DNA of 64,000 nt from a virus (IMGVR_UViG_3300009509_000020:559-64558); one strand, 5' to 3'; numbered from the stretch's first letter, positions 9,304-17,513 are shown. Numbers and translations: made by a program. The notes: generated by a model not told the origin, from the sequence alone.

Positions 9304-9432
9304 TTACTCCGTATCGTCAGCCTCATCTACAAAATACTCGCCACATTCTGGGCAGTAGTATTCTACTTCGCCGACTTCATCAGGGTATCCTGTCGCCTCA
9401 CATTCTGGGTTGTCACAGTATGGACATTGCAT
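9304..9432 (-). CDS. 42-aa acidic zinc-ribbon protein (not in ORF track)
   Basis: AAGGAG RBS; MQCPYCDNPECEATGYPDEVGEVEYYCPECGEYFVDEADDTE; paralog of 12057-12272. Confidence 0.75.
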   Translation of the reverse strand: MQCPYCDNPECEATGYPDEVGEVEYYCPECGEYFVDEADDTE

Positions 9433-9477
9433 TTCCTGTTGCTCCTTCTAGCCTTGCAGGACTAATGGAAAATTGTG

Positions 9478-10440
9478 TCAATTCTTGTAGAGCAAGTTGA
9501 TAACTTTGAATGACAGCCGCTCACCATTCACACTTTGTTCCATGACCGGACGAACGACAATGCCTTCGCGCTGCTTGCCGTTGGGATACAAACCTTCAGC
9601 CAAAGTTCTCAGTTCCTCGTCATTGTACTGGAAAGCAATACCGAATACTGTCTCTTTGACCATTGGAATATCAGACCGTTCGGCCCAATCTTGTACAACT
9701 AGGTAGCCGAAATAATGTCGCCCAACGATATTGTAGACACTGAACAGTCGCCCTTCGACTTTCTTGAGACCCATTGGGTTGCCTTGAATGCCTGGCCCAA
9801 CGACCTCGAATTGCAGGGCAAGTCCATCATCAAGTAGGGTTTCTAACCCGTGTTCTCTGGCGATCTTCCAGATGGCGTTGTTCGGCGTCTCTTTCAATTC
9901 CAAGTTGCGGCTACAACAGCCAAATTGTCCCTTGTATTTGTAGACCGTCGCCGAGCTTCCATCCGCCTTCTCAGTTACGTAAAATGGCAAGCCGCCCAGG
10001 GCTTCTACCAGATGGGGAACAGTCTGGAAGTTCGGCTCATCTGTCTTGGGAACGAAGGACGGGAACCAACCAAGTGCATCACCACCGATTGATAATGACA
10101 ATGGCTTTTCGTACTTAGTGACGCCTGCCTGTTCCGTAACGTCATCTCCGAGATTGCCTGAAACATGAGGCATGATCAACACCTCAGATGGCACGCCTCG
10201 CAAGCGGGCCATCCTCACGCGAAAGTTATACTTGCGCATAAACTCAAATTCTGACAGTTCAGGCAGCAGTGAATCTTGTAGGTAGACTTGGCACAAATCA
10301 CCTGCGACAAATTGTCCCTTCTGAACCGTCCCTTGCCACTTGCCCCCCTTGCCACAGATAACGATGGCCGATTCAATGCGATCTGCATCTGGAATGGGAT
10401 TTATCTCGGCGATTTTTCCCACATATACTAGACCTGACAT
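9478..10440 (-). CDS. RNA ligase, Rnl2/DRB0094 family, with N-terminal OB-like domain
   Basis: INPIPDADRIE, PKTDE, motif I TEKADGSS, CSRN, QFEVVGPGIQGN, REGIVVR, SFKVIN. Confidence 0.9.
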   Translation of the reverse strand: MSGLVYVGKIAEINPIPDADRIESAIVICGKGGKWQGTVQKGQFVAGDLCQVYLQDSLLPELSEFEFMRKYNFRVRMARLRGVPSEVLIMPHVSGNLGDDVTEQAGVTKYEKPLSLSIGGDALGWFPSFVPKTDEPNFQTVPHLVEALGGLPFYVTEKADGSSATVYKYKGQFGCCSRNLELKETPNNAIWKIAREHGLETLLDDGLALQFEVVGPGIQGNPMGLKKVEGRLFSVYNIVGRHYFGYLVVQDWAERSDIPMVKETVFGIAFQYNDEELRTLAEGLYPNGKQREGIVVRPVMEQSVNGERLSFKVINLLYKN

Positions 10441-10454
10441 ATCATTATCTCCTT

Positions 10455-10617
10455 GCATGATAGTCAGTTAAGGCAAATGGATCGTCTGGCTCCGCCCCAG
10501 ATTTTTGCCCCTACAGCAAGTCAGAGCAGGGCAACCCATGCTACCGACCATCTTCTGACTTTTTGGGTCGTGTTCCTGTCCACGACGCGATCCATTTGCC
10601 TTAACTGACTATCATGC
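10455..10617. mobile_element. 163-bp element with perfect 30-bp terminal inverted repeats (IS4-like MITE or structured ncRNA)
   Basis: 10455-10484 is the exact reverse complement of 10588-10617. The end GCATGATAGTCAGTTAAG resembles IS4-type TAATGCCGATCAGTTAAG. No clear target-site duplication. Confidence 0.55.
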
Positions 10618-10623
10618 CATAAT

Positions 10624-10787
10624 AAAAAGGCCCTATCCACCCGACCCGTTGCCCGCTTTGTTGTTAATCACTCTTACCGCCAAGCAAAAGTGTGGCAAAA
10701 CAGGCCGGGGGGATAAGGCCCCTCGGTAACTACTATCATACTTTTGCTTGGCAATTTCATTGTACCACGAAATGGGCGATTTGTCAA
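10624..10787 (-). promoter_or_regulatory. promoter plus interleaved-helix leader of the RNA ligase operon
   Basis: TTGACA-17-TACAAT; A 10740-10752 / A' 10679-10691; B 10694-10720 / B' 10629-10653; U-tract; homologous to 49450-49598. Confidence 0.7.
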
Positions 10788-10934
10788 CCCCCAATTTGAC
10801 TTGCATATTCCTGGCGTATCGTCTCAATTATTCTGGTCGCTGTGCTTGCGCCACAAGCCACGGCCTCAGATAATGCAGCCTCAAGCTCTACTAGGTCAAA
10901 GTCGCCGGGTACACATAATACCAAAATGCTCATG

Positions 10935-11567
10935 CTATCCCCCCCAATCTATTAGCCCCTGCGTTATCTCAATAATGGCGTCAATTTGTGCAAGGCAATT
11001 GCCGTTGTCACACCAAATCTCAAGGCGGCCTTCCTCGTAATATATGACGCCCTTTGCTCTACCGTCATTCGGTGGCGGGGGTTGCGGCCTATGAATCAGT
11101 TTGCGCAAGGAGCGGGTGGATAGTTTTTCTTCGGCTGCCCTATTGAGCCAATAAGCCTGTTTCTCTTGTGGTAACGGGGCAACGGCGGCATAATGGTTAT
11201 ATGTCAACGCCTCATTGCGCAATGGCGGCGGAACCTGCCGGGCTACACGTTGGTAATTGTTGAGAGAGCCTTCGGCATAGTCTAATCCATCAACGACCTG
11301 AGCATACGCCTCTCCCCAGCGCTCTTCCATGTAATTGAGCAAATCTCCGAGCCACATTTGAACAGCGTCTTTGACGATATGTAGCCTGTTAATCATGGTC
11401 TCACATTGCTCAAATGTTGGCTGTCCTTGCACGACCAGGCCGGTAGCAGTGAACTGAAAACCATCTGAGCGCATTATCAGGCCAGTCTGTGAATCTTCTT
11501 CTATGACAATCTCGCCTGTCGCCGAATCTATGATGTCCAATGTCATTCTCCTATCTATTGAAAGCAT
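10935..11567 (-). CDS. LmbU-like DNA-binding protein
   Basis: WLGDLLNY.E.RWGE.Y...SL.NY..VAR...R...L.Y.HY..VA.L...WL..A....S...LR. Confidence 0.7.
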   Translation of the reverse strand: MLSIDRRMTLDIIDSATGEIVIEEDSQTGLIMRSDGFQFTATGLVVQGQPTFEQCETMINRLHIVKDAVQMWLGDLLNYMEERWGEAYAQVVDGLDYAEGSLNNYQRVARQVPPPLRNEALTYNHYAAVAPLPQEKQAYWLNRAAEEKLSTRSLRKLIHRPQPPPPNDGRAKGVIYYEEGRLEIWCDNGNCLAQIDAIIEITQGLIDWGG

Positions 11568-12060
11568 TCCAGGCCCGCTCGCTTGCTAGATAGGCCAATG
11601 CCGCCCTGATTGCATCTGCTTCGTCTTTTCCCACTTGCCGGTTCATGTCATTGGTCGCGTCTTGCACCCATAGCAGCGTCGCCGCCATGTGGTGTTTGCC
11701 GAGGCCGGCGGCCATGATCTCGTGCGGCGCAATCGGACAAAATTGTGCGCCATATTTTGCGGCCAGCCATGCCAGAAAATAGTATACGCCCCCCAATTGT
11801 CTATCGGTGCGCCGGTTGTCGTGGTCGCCCATCGGAATCTCCACCGCGAGGTGTGTGATTGGCCCACGCCTGATAAGGGTCTGAGCCATCAGCGCATCTA
11901 GCCAATTGCACGCGGCCACGATGCGGGCCGTTTCATCGGCACACTTTATGACCTTTTCGCCGCTAGAATGATAACGCCCATTAAGGAACAGCGCCCAGCC
12001 TATGGGGTTCTTTTTTGTCGCAGTTGACGGATCAATTCCCAGTAGGTTTATTGCTTTCAT
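11551..12060 (-). CDS. RuvC-like Holliday junction resolvase
   Basis: LLGIDPS, AVEIP, DEADAI acidic triad. Confidence 0.8.
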   Translation of the reverse strand: MKAINLLGIDPSTATKKNPIGWALFLNGRYHSSGEKVIKCADETARIVAACNWLDALMAQTLIRRGPITHLAVEIPMGDHDNRRTDRQLGGVYYFLAWLAAKYGAQFCPIAPHEIMAAGLGKHHMAATLLWVQDATNDMNRQVGKDEADAIRAALAYLASERAWNAFNR

Positions 12061-12272
12061 TCTGCCTGCCTGCCGACGATGTCACCTGCTGGGCGTATAG
12101 TAGCCTCAATAGTATCAATAGATTCAACAAAATATTCGCCACAATTAGGACAATTAAATTCTGCTTGTCCAGTCTCGTCTGGCTCAGCCACTTGTTTACA
12201 TTCTGGACAGTCACAATAAGGACATTGTGCCATATTGCAGACAAATTTTATTTTTTTTATAGGCTGATTCAT
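12057..12272 (-). CDS. zinc-ribbon protein
   Basis: QCPYCDCPEC...CPNCGEYF. Confidence 0.7.
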   Translation of the reverse strand: MNQPIKKIKFVCNMAQCPYCDCPECKQVAEPDETGQAEFNCPNCGEYFVESIDTIEATIRPAGDIVGRQAE

Positions 12273-12434
12273 ACTAACTCACTCCTGTAAATCAAAGTCG
12301 CCATAGACTCGACAAACAATGGGTCGCAGCAATAATCGGGCAAACTCCACTGCCTCATCTTCGGGTAGCAGCCCCCAGTAATATCGTGTCAGTTTTGCCC
12401 GTTGCGCGTCACTTAAATCTGATAATGACATCGT

Positions 12435-12641
12435 TTATCCTCGTTCCTTGATTGCTCGCCACAATTCGGCGGCGAAAATCATATCCTCTCTCAGTATATC
12501 TCTGGCAATGATTGCGCCATCTGATTCTCGCCCCCAGTTCGTCTCGCCCGGTAGAAGATAGGCCAGTTCTGGCGGCACATGGCCCGCTACAATTGGGCCG
12601 GGAAAATTAGAAGGAAACCGCAAGGTGTATCTCAGGGCCAT
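12435..12641 (-). CDS. hypothetical protein
   Basis: ORF coupled to the upstream gene. Confidence 0.5.
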   Translation of the reverse strand: MALRYTLRFPSNFPGPIVAGHVPPELAYLLPGETNWGRESDGAIIARDILREDMIFAAELWRAIKERG

Positions 12642-12937
12642 TTCTGTTTTCGTTCTTCCAGGGTCTTTTTATAAGCCAGCAATTCTTTTTCTGTCGTTGC
12701 CCAGGTTGTCAGTCTGGGAATGTCTTGGTAGCCAGCCTGAATTAAGTTCCGTAGTAATCGCGCCACCTCAGCAACAAGCGTTGCGATTTCCTCATTGCTG
12801 CTTTCACAAATCTTGAAGCCCTTATGATTACCCGCTTTTACTGTATATCGCCTGACACCAAGAAGTGAATCACGGGACACCGTGACAGTTGCCCCCCAGG
12901 CCCACTCTTTGTGTCGTGCTATAACCTGGAATCCCAT
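12632..12937 (-). CDS. hypothetical protein
   Basis: AAGGA RBS; in operon. Confidence 0.55.
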   Translation of the reverse strand: MGFQVIARHKEWAWGATVTVSRDSLLGVRRYTVKAGNHKGFKICESSNEEIATLVAEVARLLRNLIQAGYQDIPRLTTWATTEKELLAYKKTLEERKQKWP

Positions 12938-13000
12938 TTGCTTTTTCCTTTCAACCCTGTATAGTTGAGGCCCTTGATATGCAGAGATAACACCAGAATA

Positions 13001-13456
13001 TCAATACCCTGACAGTCGTCGCCGCTGGGCAAGGCTGTTATATCCATTGCCGCCAGTTGGCCTTTGTTCCCGTTTCTTTCCAGGCCAGAAAATCTCGGTT
13101 TGCCAGCCGCAGCTTGGGCACACGCCCCAAAATTCCATCACGCCGTCAAAGTCATCCTGGCCGTAGTAGTTGAGGGGGATGTGGCGGCCCTGGCAGTGGC
13201 AGGGGAAGCATGTCTGGTCGTAGAGGCGGCTGTTCTGCCGCCAGGCGCGCCTGACCTTGATTTGGAAGCAGCCGGTCTTGGGGTGGCGGCGGGTTTGGAG
13301 ACTGACGACGGGGAAGGTAACGTCACGGATTTGCCGCCTGGCTTTGGCCCGCTCGACGAAGGCCAGGTTGCGGGCGGTGAGGTCGGTGATTTGGGCCAGT
13401 GCGGCGGCGGGGGGTAAGGCAGCCAGTTTTCTTTGGGCTTGTTCTAGGGTCAACAT
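13001..13456 (-). CDS. hypothetical Zn-binding protein
   Basis: GGAG RBS; CHC and CPSC motifs; GC-rich core. Confidence 0.55.
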   Translation of the reverse strand: MLTLEQAQRKLAALPPAAALAQITDLTARNLAFVERAKARRQIRDVTFPVVSLQTRRHPKTGCFQIKVRRAWRQNSRLYDQTCFPCHCQGRHIPLNYYGQDDFDGVMEFWGVCPSCGWQTEIFWPGKKREQRPTGGNGYNSLAQRRRLSGY

Positions 13457-13472
13457 TTTGTCTCCCTATAAA

Positions 13473-13715
13473 TTATTGAATCGCGGCGGGGGGTTTACAG
13501 GTTTCCCGCCAATCACGCCAAGTCTCAAGTTCTTCTTGAGCAGCAATTTGTGTCTCATGCTCTTTTAGCTCAAATTCACCACACCAGTGAAGTTTCGTGT
13601 CTACTTGAGGCCATTTCGCCTCACTTGTGACAGGGGATGGTTGCGGCGCATTTCTGCGACACTCGCCCAGTCCGGTAAACAGTAGTTCACAGAACCTACA
13701 ATCTTTACAATTCAT
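13473..13715 (-). CDS. Cys-rich phage protein
   Basis: MNCKDCRFC...GECRRNAP...WP.V....WCGEF. Confidence 0.7.
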   Translation of the reverse strand: MNCKDCRFCELLFTGLGECRRNAPQPSPVTSEAKWPQVDTKLHWCGEFELKEHETQIAAQEELETWRDWRETCKPPAAIQ

Positions 13716-13729
13716 TTTGTTTGCTCCTC

Positions 13730-14125
13730 TTATGCCTCTCTGCAAAGCAAAATTTCATCGTCAAATATATCGTTTAGAAAAGTAACCAGTTTTTGTAGGC
13801 CTGTAATAACCCCTTCGTATTCATCGCAATTGAAGATGTACGTACCTTGATTAGTTTCTGTTTCTGCTGTTAAGACAATGCGTCGCAAACATTCTCTACT
13901 CATATTATTGCCCTTTCTCTTCTTGACTTGTTCTTTGGCGCGCCAGGCCCGCAACCATGCGGGAGCTATCTGTTTCCAGCCATCCGGTTGCGCCACGGCA
14001 AATCCTAACCGGAGAAAGTAGTCAGCCCGTGGGTTTTGACTGTCTCCCGCCCAGAAAAGTATCATGGCCTCTAGCCGCTCTTGTGGAGCTGCCGCCCTCA
14101 ATTCAGCATAGACATCGTCACTCAT
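13730..14125 (-). CDS. hypothetical protein
   Basis: ORF in operon. Confidence 0.5.
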   Translation of the reverse strand: MSDDVYAELRAAAPQERLEAMILFWAGDSQNPRADYFLRLGFAVAQPDGWKQIAPAWLRAWRAKEQVKKRKGNNMSRECLRRIVLTAETETNQGTYIFNCDEYEGVITGLQKLVTFLNDIFDDEILLCREA

Positions 14126-14363
14126 TATCTTGTTTCTCCCCTGTGGTTAGTCGTATACCACGACTGATATGTCGGCCGGCGGCGTCTATCGGCCATTCGA
14201 GATGGCCGGATTCTATCAAGGGCAGAATGTGATGACGCCAAAGTCCGACGTGATCCATACCAACGACATGCCCGATCTCTCGCAGCGTGGGGGGGTAGCC
14301 CCGTTTAGACAGACTCTTTATCGCGGCGAAAATAGCCTCGGTAACAGCAGATTTATTTTCCAT
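14118..14363 (-). CDS. LexA-type DNA-binding HTH protein (no protease domain)
   Basis: GYPPTLREIG..VGM...V...H...L...G.L......SRGIRL; start re-called at MENK. Confidence 0.75.
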   Translation of the reverse strand: MENKSAVTEAIFAAIKSLSKRGYPPTLREIGHVVGMDHVGLWRHHILPLIESGHLEWPIDAAGRHISRGIRLTTGEKQDNE

Positions 14364-14519
14364 CCTTGTTGCTCTCAAGCACGGTCTGAATATGCCGCGC
14401 ATCCTTGCCTGTTAGCCTGGCAATCACCTCGCCAGGTTTGCCCTGAGCATTCGGCCTGTGTAGGTTTACTCTACCCAGAGCAATATTTAGTATGATGACC
14501 GGCTCATGTTCTAATATCA

Positions 14520-14918
14520 TCATGTCTGGCCGCACCATACATTTTGCTCATCGCTGAACAGGCCGTCTAGTCCTGTCGGGTCGCCTTCGCCAGATGTTGC
14601 CGCTTCGGCAACAATGTTGGCAGCCTGGGCTGTGGTTATATCATCAGATGTTACCGGGCCAGAAATAGGGTGATAATCATCCACCCCAATAGAAGGGCCG
14701 TCAATATAGATATGCCCGCCATTCTTGCGAAACTGCCGGGGCAATGGTTGCGCTTGCATATATAGTCCCGTGATTTCTGGGTAGCCAGCGAGGGAAAACA
14801 TCAGCGGTAGAGCTTCAACAGGGCGCGCCTCTTGACGTGTTTCTCTTGTTTCTTCATCCAGAACATGGAAGACGATCATCCCCTCTTCTTTTGCTATTGC
14901 CGTCCAAACCTCGCTCAT
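14520..14918 (-). CDS. hypothetical protein
   Basis: AAGGAG RBS; first gene after the promoter at 14975-15003. Confidence 0.6.
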   Translation of the reverse strand: MSEVWTAIAKEEGMIVFHVLDEETRETRQEARPVEALPLMFSLAGYPEITGLYMQAQPLPRQFRKNGGHIYIDGPSIGVDDYHPISGPVTSDDITTAQAANIVAEAATSGEGDPTGLDGLFSDEQNVWCGQT

Positions 14919-14974
14919 TTTTGCTCCTTTCTTTACAGGTCAAAGGCCGATTATTTGTCAACACTTGTTGACTC

Positions 14975-15003
14975 ATTATACCACATAGCGCCAGAAAAGT
15001 CAA
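14975..15003 (-). promoter_or_regulatory. sigma70-type leftward promoter
   Basis: TTGACT-17-TATAAT with TGTG; palindrome TCAAC-N4-GTTGA at 14958-14971. Confidence 0.75.
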
Positions 15004-15041
15004 GTGGTTTTGTGACCAGATTCTACAAAATAAGGTTAGAA

Positions 15042-15073
15042 TTAAGAGGCGCATCACCTGATGCGCCTCTTAA
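15042..15073. terminator. perfect hairpin, probable terminator
   Basis: ttaagaggcgcatca-cc-tgatgcgcctcttaa. Confidence 0.6.
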
Positions 15074-15075
15074 AC

Positions 15076-15246
15076 TTAGACTACGATGTCAGATGATTGG
15101 GCATTCGTGCCCTCATTCTCTTGTCGTATCTTGGCTGCCTGTTCGGCCCGAATACGCGCCATTACTGCCTCGATCCGCGCCCGCTCAGTAGCCGTGCCAG
15201 GCAAGTCTGTTATATCTACGTCAAAATGTAATTCTGTCATTACCAT
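15076..15246 (-). CDS. small hypothetical protein
   Basis: Short ORF downstream of a TGG-TATAAT element near 15283; followed by the hairpin. Confidence 0.45.
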   Translation of the reverse strand: MVMTELHFDVDITDLPGTATERARIEAVMARIRAEQAAKIRQENEGTNAQSSDIVV

Positions 15247-15354
15247 CACGCCTTTCGTCAGCGGTTGTTGTCTGTCATAATCATTATACCACGGAAACAT
15301 AATAACTAGGCTTTAGATTCGGTATATTTTGCGTTAACGTTGCGTTGTGAAGTC

Positions 15355-15383
15355 TTGAGTTTTGCTACAATCTGTGGTATAAT
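15355..15383 (+). promoter_or_regulatory. rightward sigma70-type promoter
   Basis: TTGAGT-17-TATAAT with TGTG, at the strand switch. Confidence 0.7.
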
Positions 15384-15560
15384 ATACTATGAGCGGCCGG
15401 CAATGAAAGTCGGGTACATCCCGTGTGACATTGTGGTCGAGGCCAGAATGCCCTAGTTGCCACGGGCCGCGAATAACCCGCCTGGACGCGGGGGGATAGC
15501 GGGGAATTACATAAAACAGGGGCGGCGCGGCGTCCAGGCTCTAATTTATGGAGGTGGAAA

Positions 15561-15638
15561 ATGGAAGGGGCAATCGGTGGCGGATTTATGCCAATAGGCG
15601 GCGGCGGCTATACAGAGGGAGCACTCGGCGGGGGGTAA
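15561..15638 (+). CDS. 25-aa glycine-rich peptide (not in ORF track)
   Basis: GGAGGT RBS; MEGAIGGGFMPIGGGGYTEGALGGG. Confidence 0.45.
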   Translation: MEGAIGGGFMPIGGGGYTEGALGGG

Positions 15639-15673
15639 TTATGCGGGCATGATGTAGCCATCATGTCTATTTT

Positions 15674-15781
15674 GGGGCTGGTAGCTCAGGCAGGCATGAG
15701 CGCGGCCAATTTCTAGATCGTTGGCTATTATAGTGACACTAGATAAGCTGGGGTCGCTGGTTCAAATCCAGCCCAGCCCCA
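15674..15781 (+). ncRNA. tRNA-like RNA with an elongated anticodon arm
   Basis: GGGGCTGG/CCAGCCCC acceptor, TA-GCTC...GAGC D arm, GCTGG-TTCAAAT-CCAGC T arm; a ~48-nt stem-loop replaces the anticodon arm. Confidence 0.8.
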
Positions 15782-15795
15782 TTGCGCAATGAGAG

Positions 15796-16413
15796 GTGAA
15801 AGGATTAACGATGTTTTTTTCACAACGAGCGAAAAATTTGTGCCTAGCAGGCTTGGGGGGCATTGTTCTTTTCCTGGTTTTGTTGCTCGGCTGTACTTCT
15901 GAGCCAACGCAGCCGCCGACGCCTATTTCTCCCCTGCCAACTCCAACGCCGTTCTATGACGCGCCGGTATCTATCGCTAAATCGTATGCCATGATGTATC
16001 GTCTATCGTTTACTTCTGGATCGGTTCACATTACGACATCCTGCAAATACGACCCTGGAGTTTTTCGTGTTCGGCTGGTTGACGCCAATCATACTATCGT
16101 CGCTTCACAAACTATCGAGACAGACATCGAATTACCCGATATTCCCACGGCCGGAGATGTTGGATTCGTGTATTACACATGGGATATAACGCCGACCGAG
16201 ACATTGACTGAGGAAGCGCAATTTTTCTTTCAAGCTGAGGCTGGTTGTGACGCTTATTGTTTCGATGGTGTCACGTCGTTTCAGTGTGACTTTCTAATCA
16301 CGCCATGCGTTACCCCGGCCGATGAGCCAGACTGGTGCTTCGGCGGGATTCTAACCCCGACATCTGATATGTACCGCGCCTATGTTCCATACCTGATAAA
16401 GGGTGAGGATTAG
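15796..16413 (+). CDS. putative lipoprotein with Pro/Thr linker and C-terminal YVPYL motif
   Basis: LLLGC lipobox, ISPLPTPTP, ...YRAYVPYLIK. Confidence 0.65.
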   Translation: MKGLTMFFSQRAKNLCLAGLGGIVLFLVLLLGCTSEPTQPPTPISPLPTPTPFYDAPVSIAKSYAMMYRLSFTSGSVHITTSCKYDPGVFRVRLVDANHTIVASQTIETDIELPDIPTAGDVGFVYYTWDITPTETLTEEAQFFFQAEAGCDAYCFDGVTSFQCDFLITPCVTPADEPDWCFGGILTPTSDMYRAYVPYLIKGED

Positions 16414-16422
16414 ACATAGAAT

Positions 16423-16644
16423 ATGAGTATCGGGACGATATATGTCATTTCTGTTTGCGATAGGGATGGTTATTTTATTCCCGTTTTGGCAGCGACCACT
16501 GAGCCTGCTGCCAGGGATATGCTGGCGAAGTGGCGCAAGCAGAACGAGAAAAATGAATATTGGGAAGATGTTGATGATTGTACAGTTGTGCCGCTTTATC
16601 GTGAGTTTCAGGGAACCACACCGTCTGATATAGAATATGAATAG
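16423..16644 (+). CDS. hypothetical protein
   Basis: Packed ORF. Confidence 0.5.
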   Translation: MSIGTIYVISVCDRDGYFIPVLAATTEPAARDMLAKWRKQNEKNEYWEDVDDCTVVPLYREFQGTTPSDIEYE

Positions 16645-16666
16645 TTAGTAAGGAATAATCATTGCT

Positions 16667-16912
16667 ATGATTTGTCAGCATTGTGGGCAGAATATCGCCG
16701 AGGGCAGGCGTCATCGGCGACTCGTACTAGGCCGTTGTCAGGTGATAGATGTTGTCGGTTCAAATAGTCACGTTTCGGCCCTTGTCGCTGCCATGTTGGT
16801 CTTGGTAGTAGAACAGCTTGGGCCTGAGCCGAGCCAAGAGCGGCTTGATGTACTGCGACTGGCAGCCGAGCGCGAGTTTAGGTTGGCCGTTGCTGAGATG
16901 GTCGGGGAATGA
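16667..16912 (+). CDS. hypothetical protein
   Basis: CQHC N-terminus; ATGA overlap with the next gene. Confidence 0.5.
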   Translation: MICQHCGQNIAEGRRHRRLVLGRCQVIDVVGSNSHVSALVAAMLVLVVEQLGPEPSQERLDVLRLAAEREFRLAVAEMVGE

Positions 16913-17124
16913 TTACCTTTTCTATCACACGTGCCAATCACCACGCTATCATCGCCGATCTGCTTGCCGCCTTTGAAAAGTCGGTCTGGCTCAACATACT
17001 CGTTTCGCGCATGGAGATGACCTTCGAGAATGCAGGAGCTATGGTGACGGCAGAAGTGGCATTGTGGGGCTGCGAGGATGCAATCAGGTGTCAGCTTGAG
17101 GCAGTGGGCATAGAGATAGACTGA
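16909..17124 (+). CDS. hypothetical protein
   Basis: ATGA overlap. Confidence 0.5.
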   Translation: MITFSITRANHHAIIADLLAAFEKSVWLNILVSRMEMTFENAGAMVTAEVALWGCEDAIRCQLEAVGIEID

Positions 17125-17132
17125 GAGGCATA

Positions 17133-17513
17133 GTGTCTCAAAACAATTGTCGCGTCGTGTCTAATCAGAGAGGCCATGTTCTGTTTATCAAAGAATGTGA
17201 GCGATTGCCCCATTGTCTGGTAATTGAGCCACTAGGTGATCCGCTCCCCTGTGAGACGTTGTTGCCATTCGAGGCAGCAGGTGATCCGTCTCCACAAAGC
17301 AAGCCGCGTGGGCGAGCCAGATACACTGGCAAAGACGCCCTCATGGCTGCCTGGCCTGGTAACGGCCCTGTGACCATCTATGACCTGATGCAGGCCACTG
17401 GCAAGGCTAGGTCTACGTTACATGACTACGTCAGCAGGGCGATTGCGCATGGCGATGTGATATGCGCCGGGCAAGATGGGCCGTCGCTGCTCTATGAGTT
17501 GGCAAGGCAATGA
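17133..17513 (+). CDS. HTH-containing protein
   Basis: TIYDLMQATGKARSTLHDYVSRAI winged-helix pattern. Confidence 0.55.
   Translation: MSQNNCRVVSNQRGHVLFIKECERLPHCLVIEPLGDPLPCETLLPFEAAGDPSPQSKPRGRARYTGKDALMAAWPGNGPVTIYDLMQATGKARSTLHDYVSRAIAHGDVICAGQDGPSLLYELARQ

Noticed and set aside
9370-9390. CTGATGA hammerhead core on the minus strand
   Set aside because: It lies inside the 42-aa Zn-ribbon ORF and has no matching GAAA or stems.
15674-15781. tmRNA or amber/ochre suppressor tRNA
   Set aside because: No G3-U70 pair or tag ORF, CTA and TTA are not in a canonical 7-nt loop on a 5-bp stem, and genes show no sign of systematic stop recoding.
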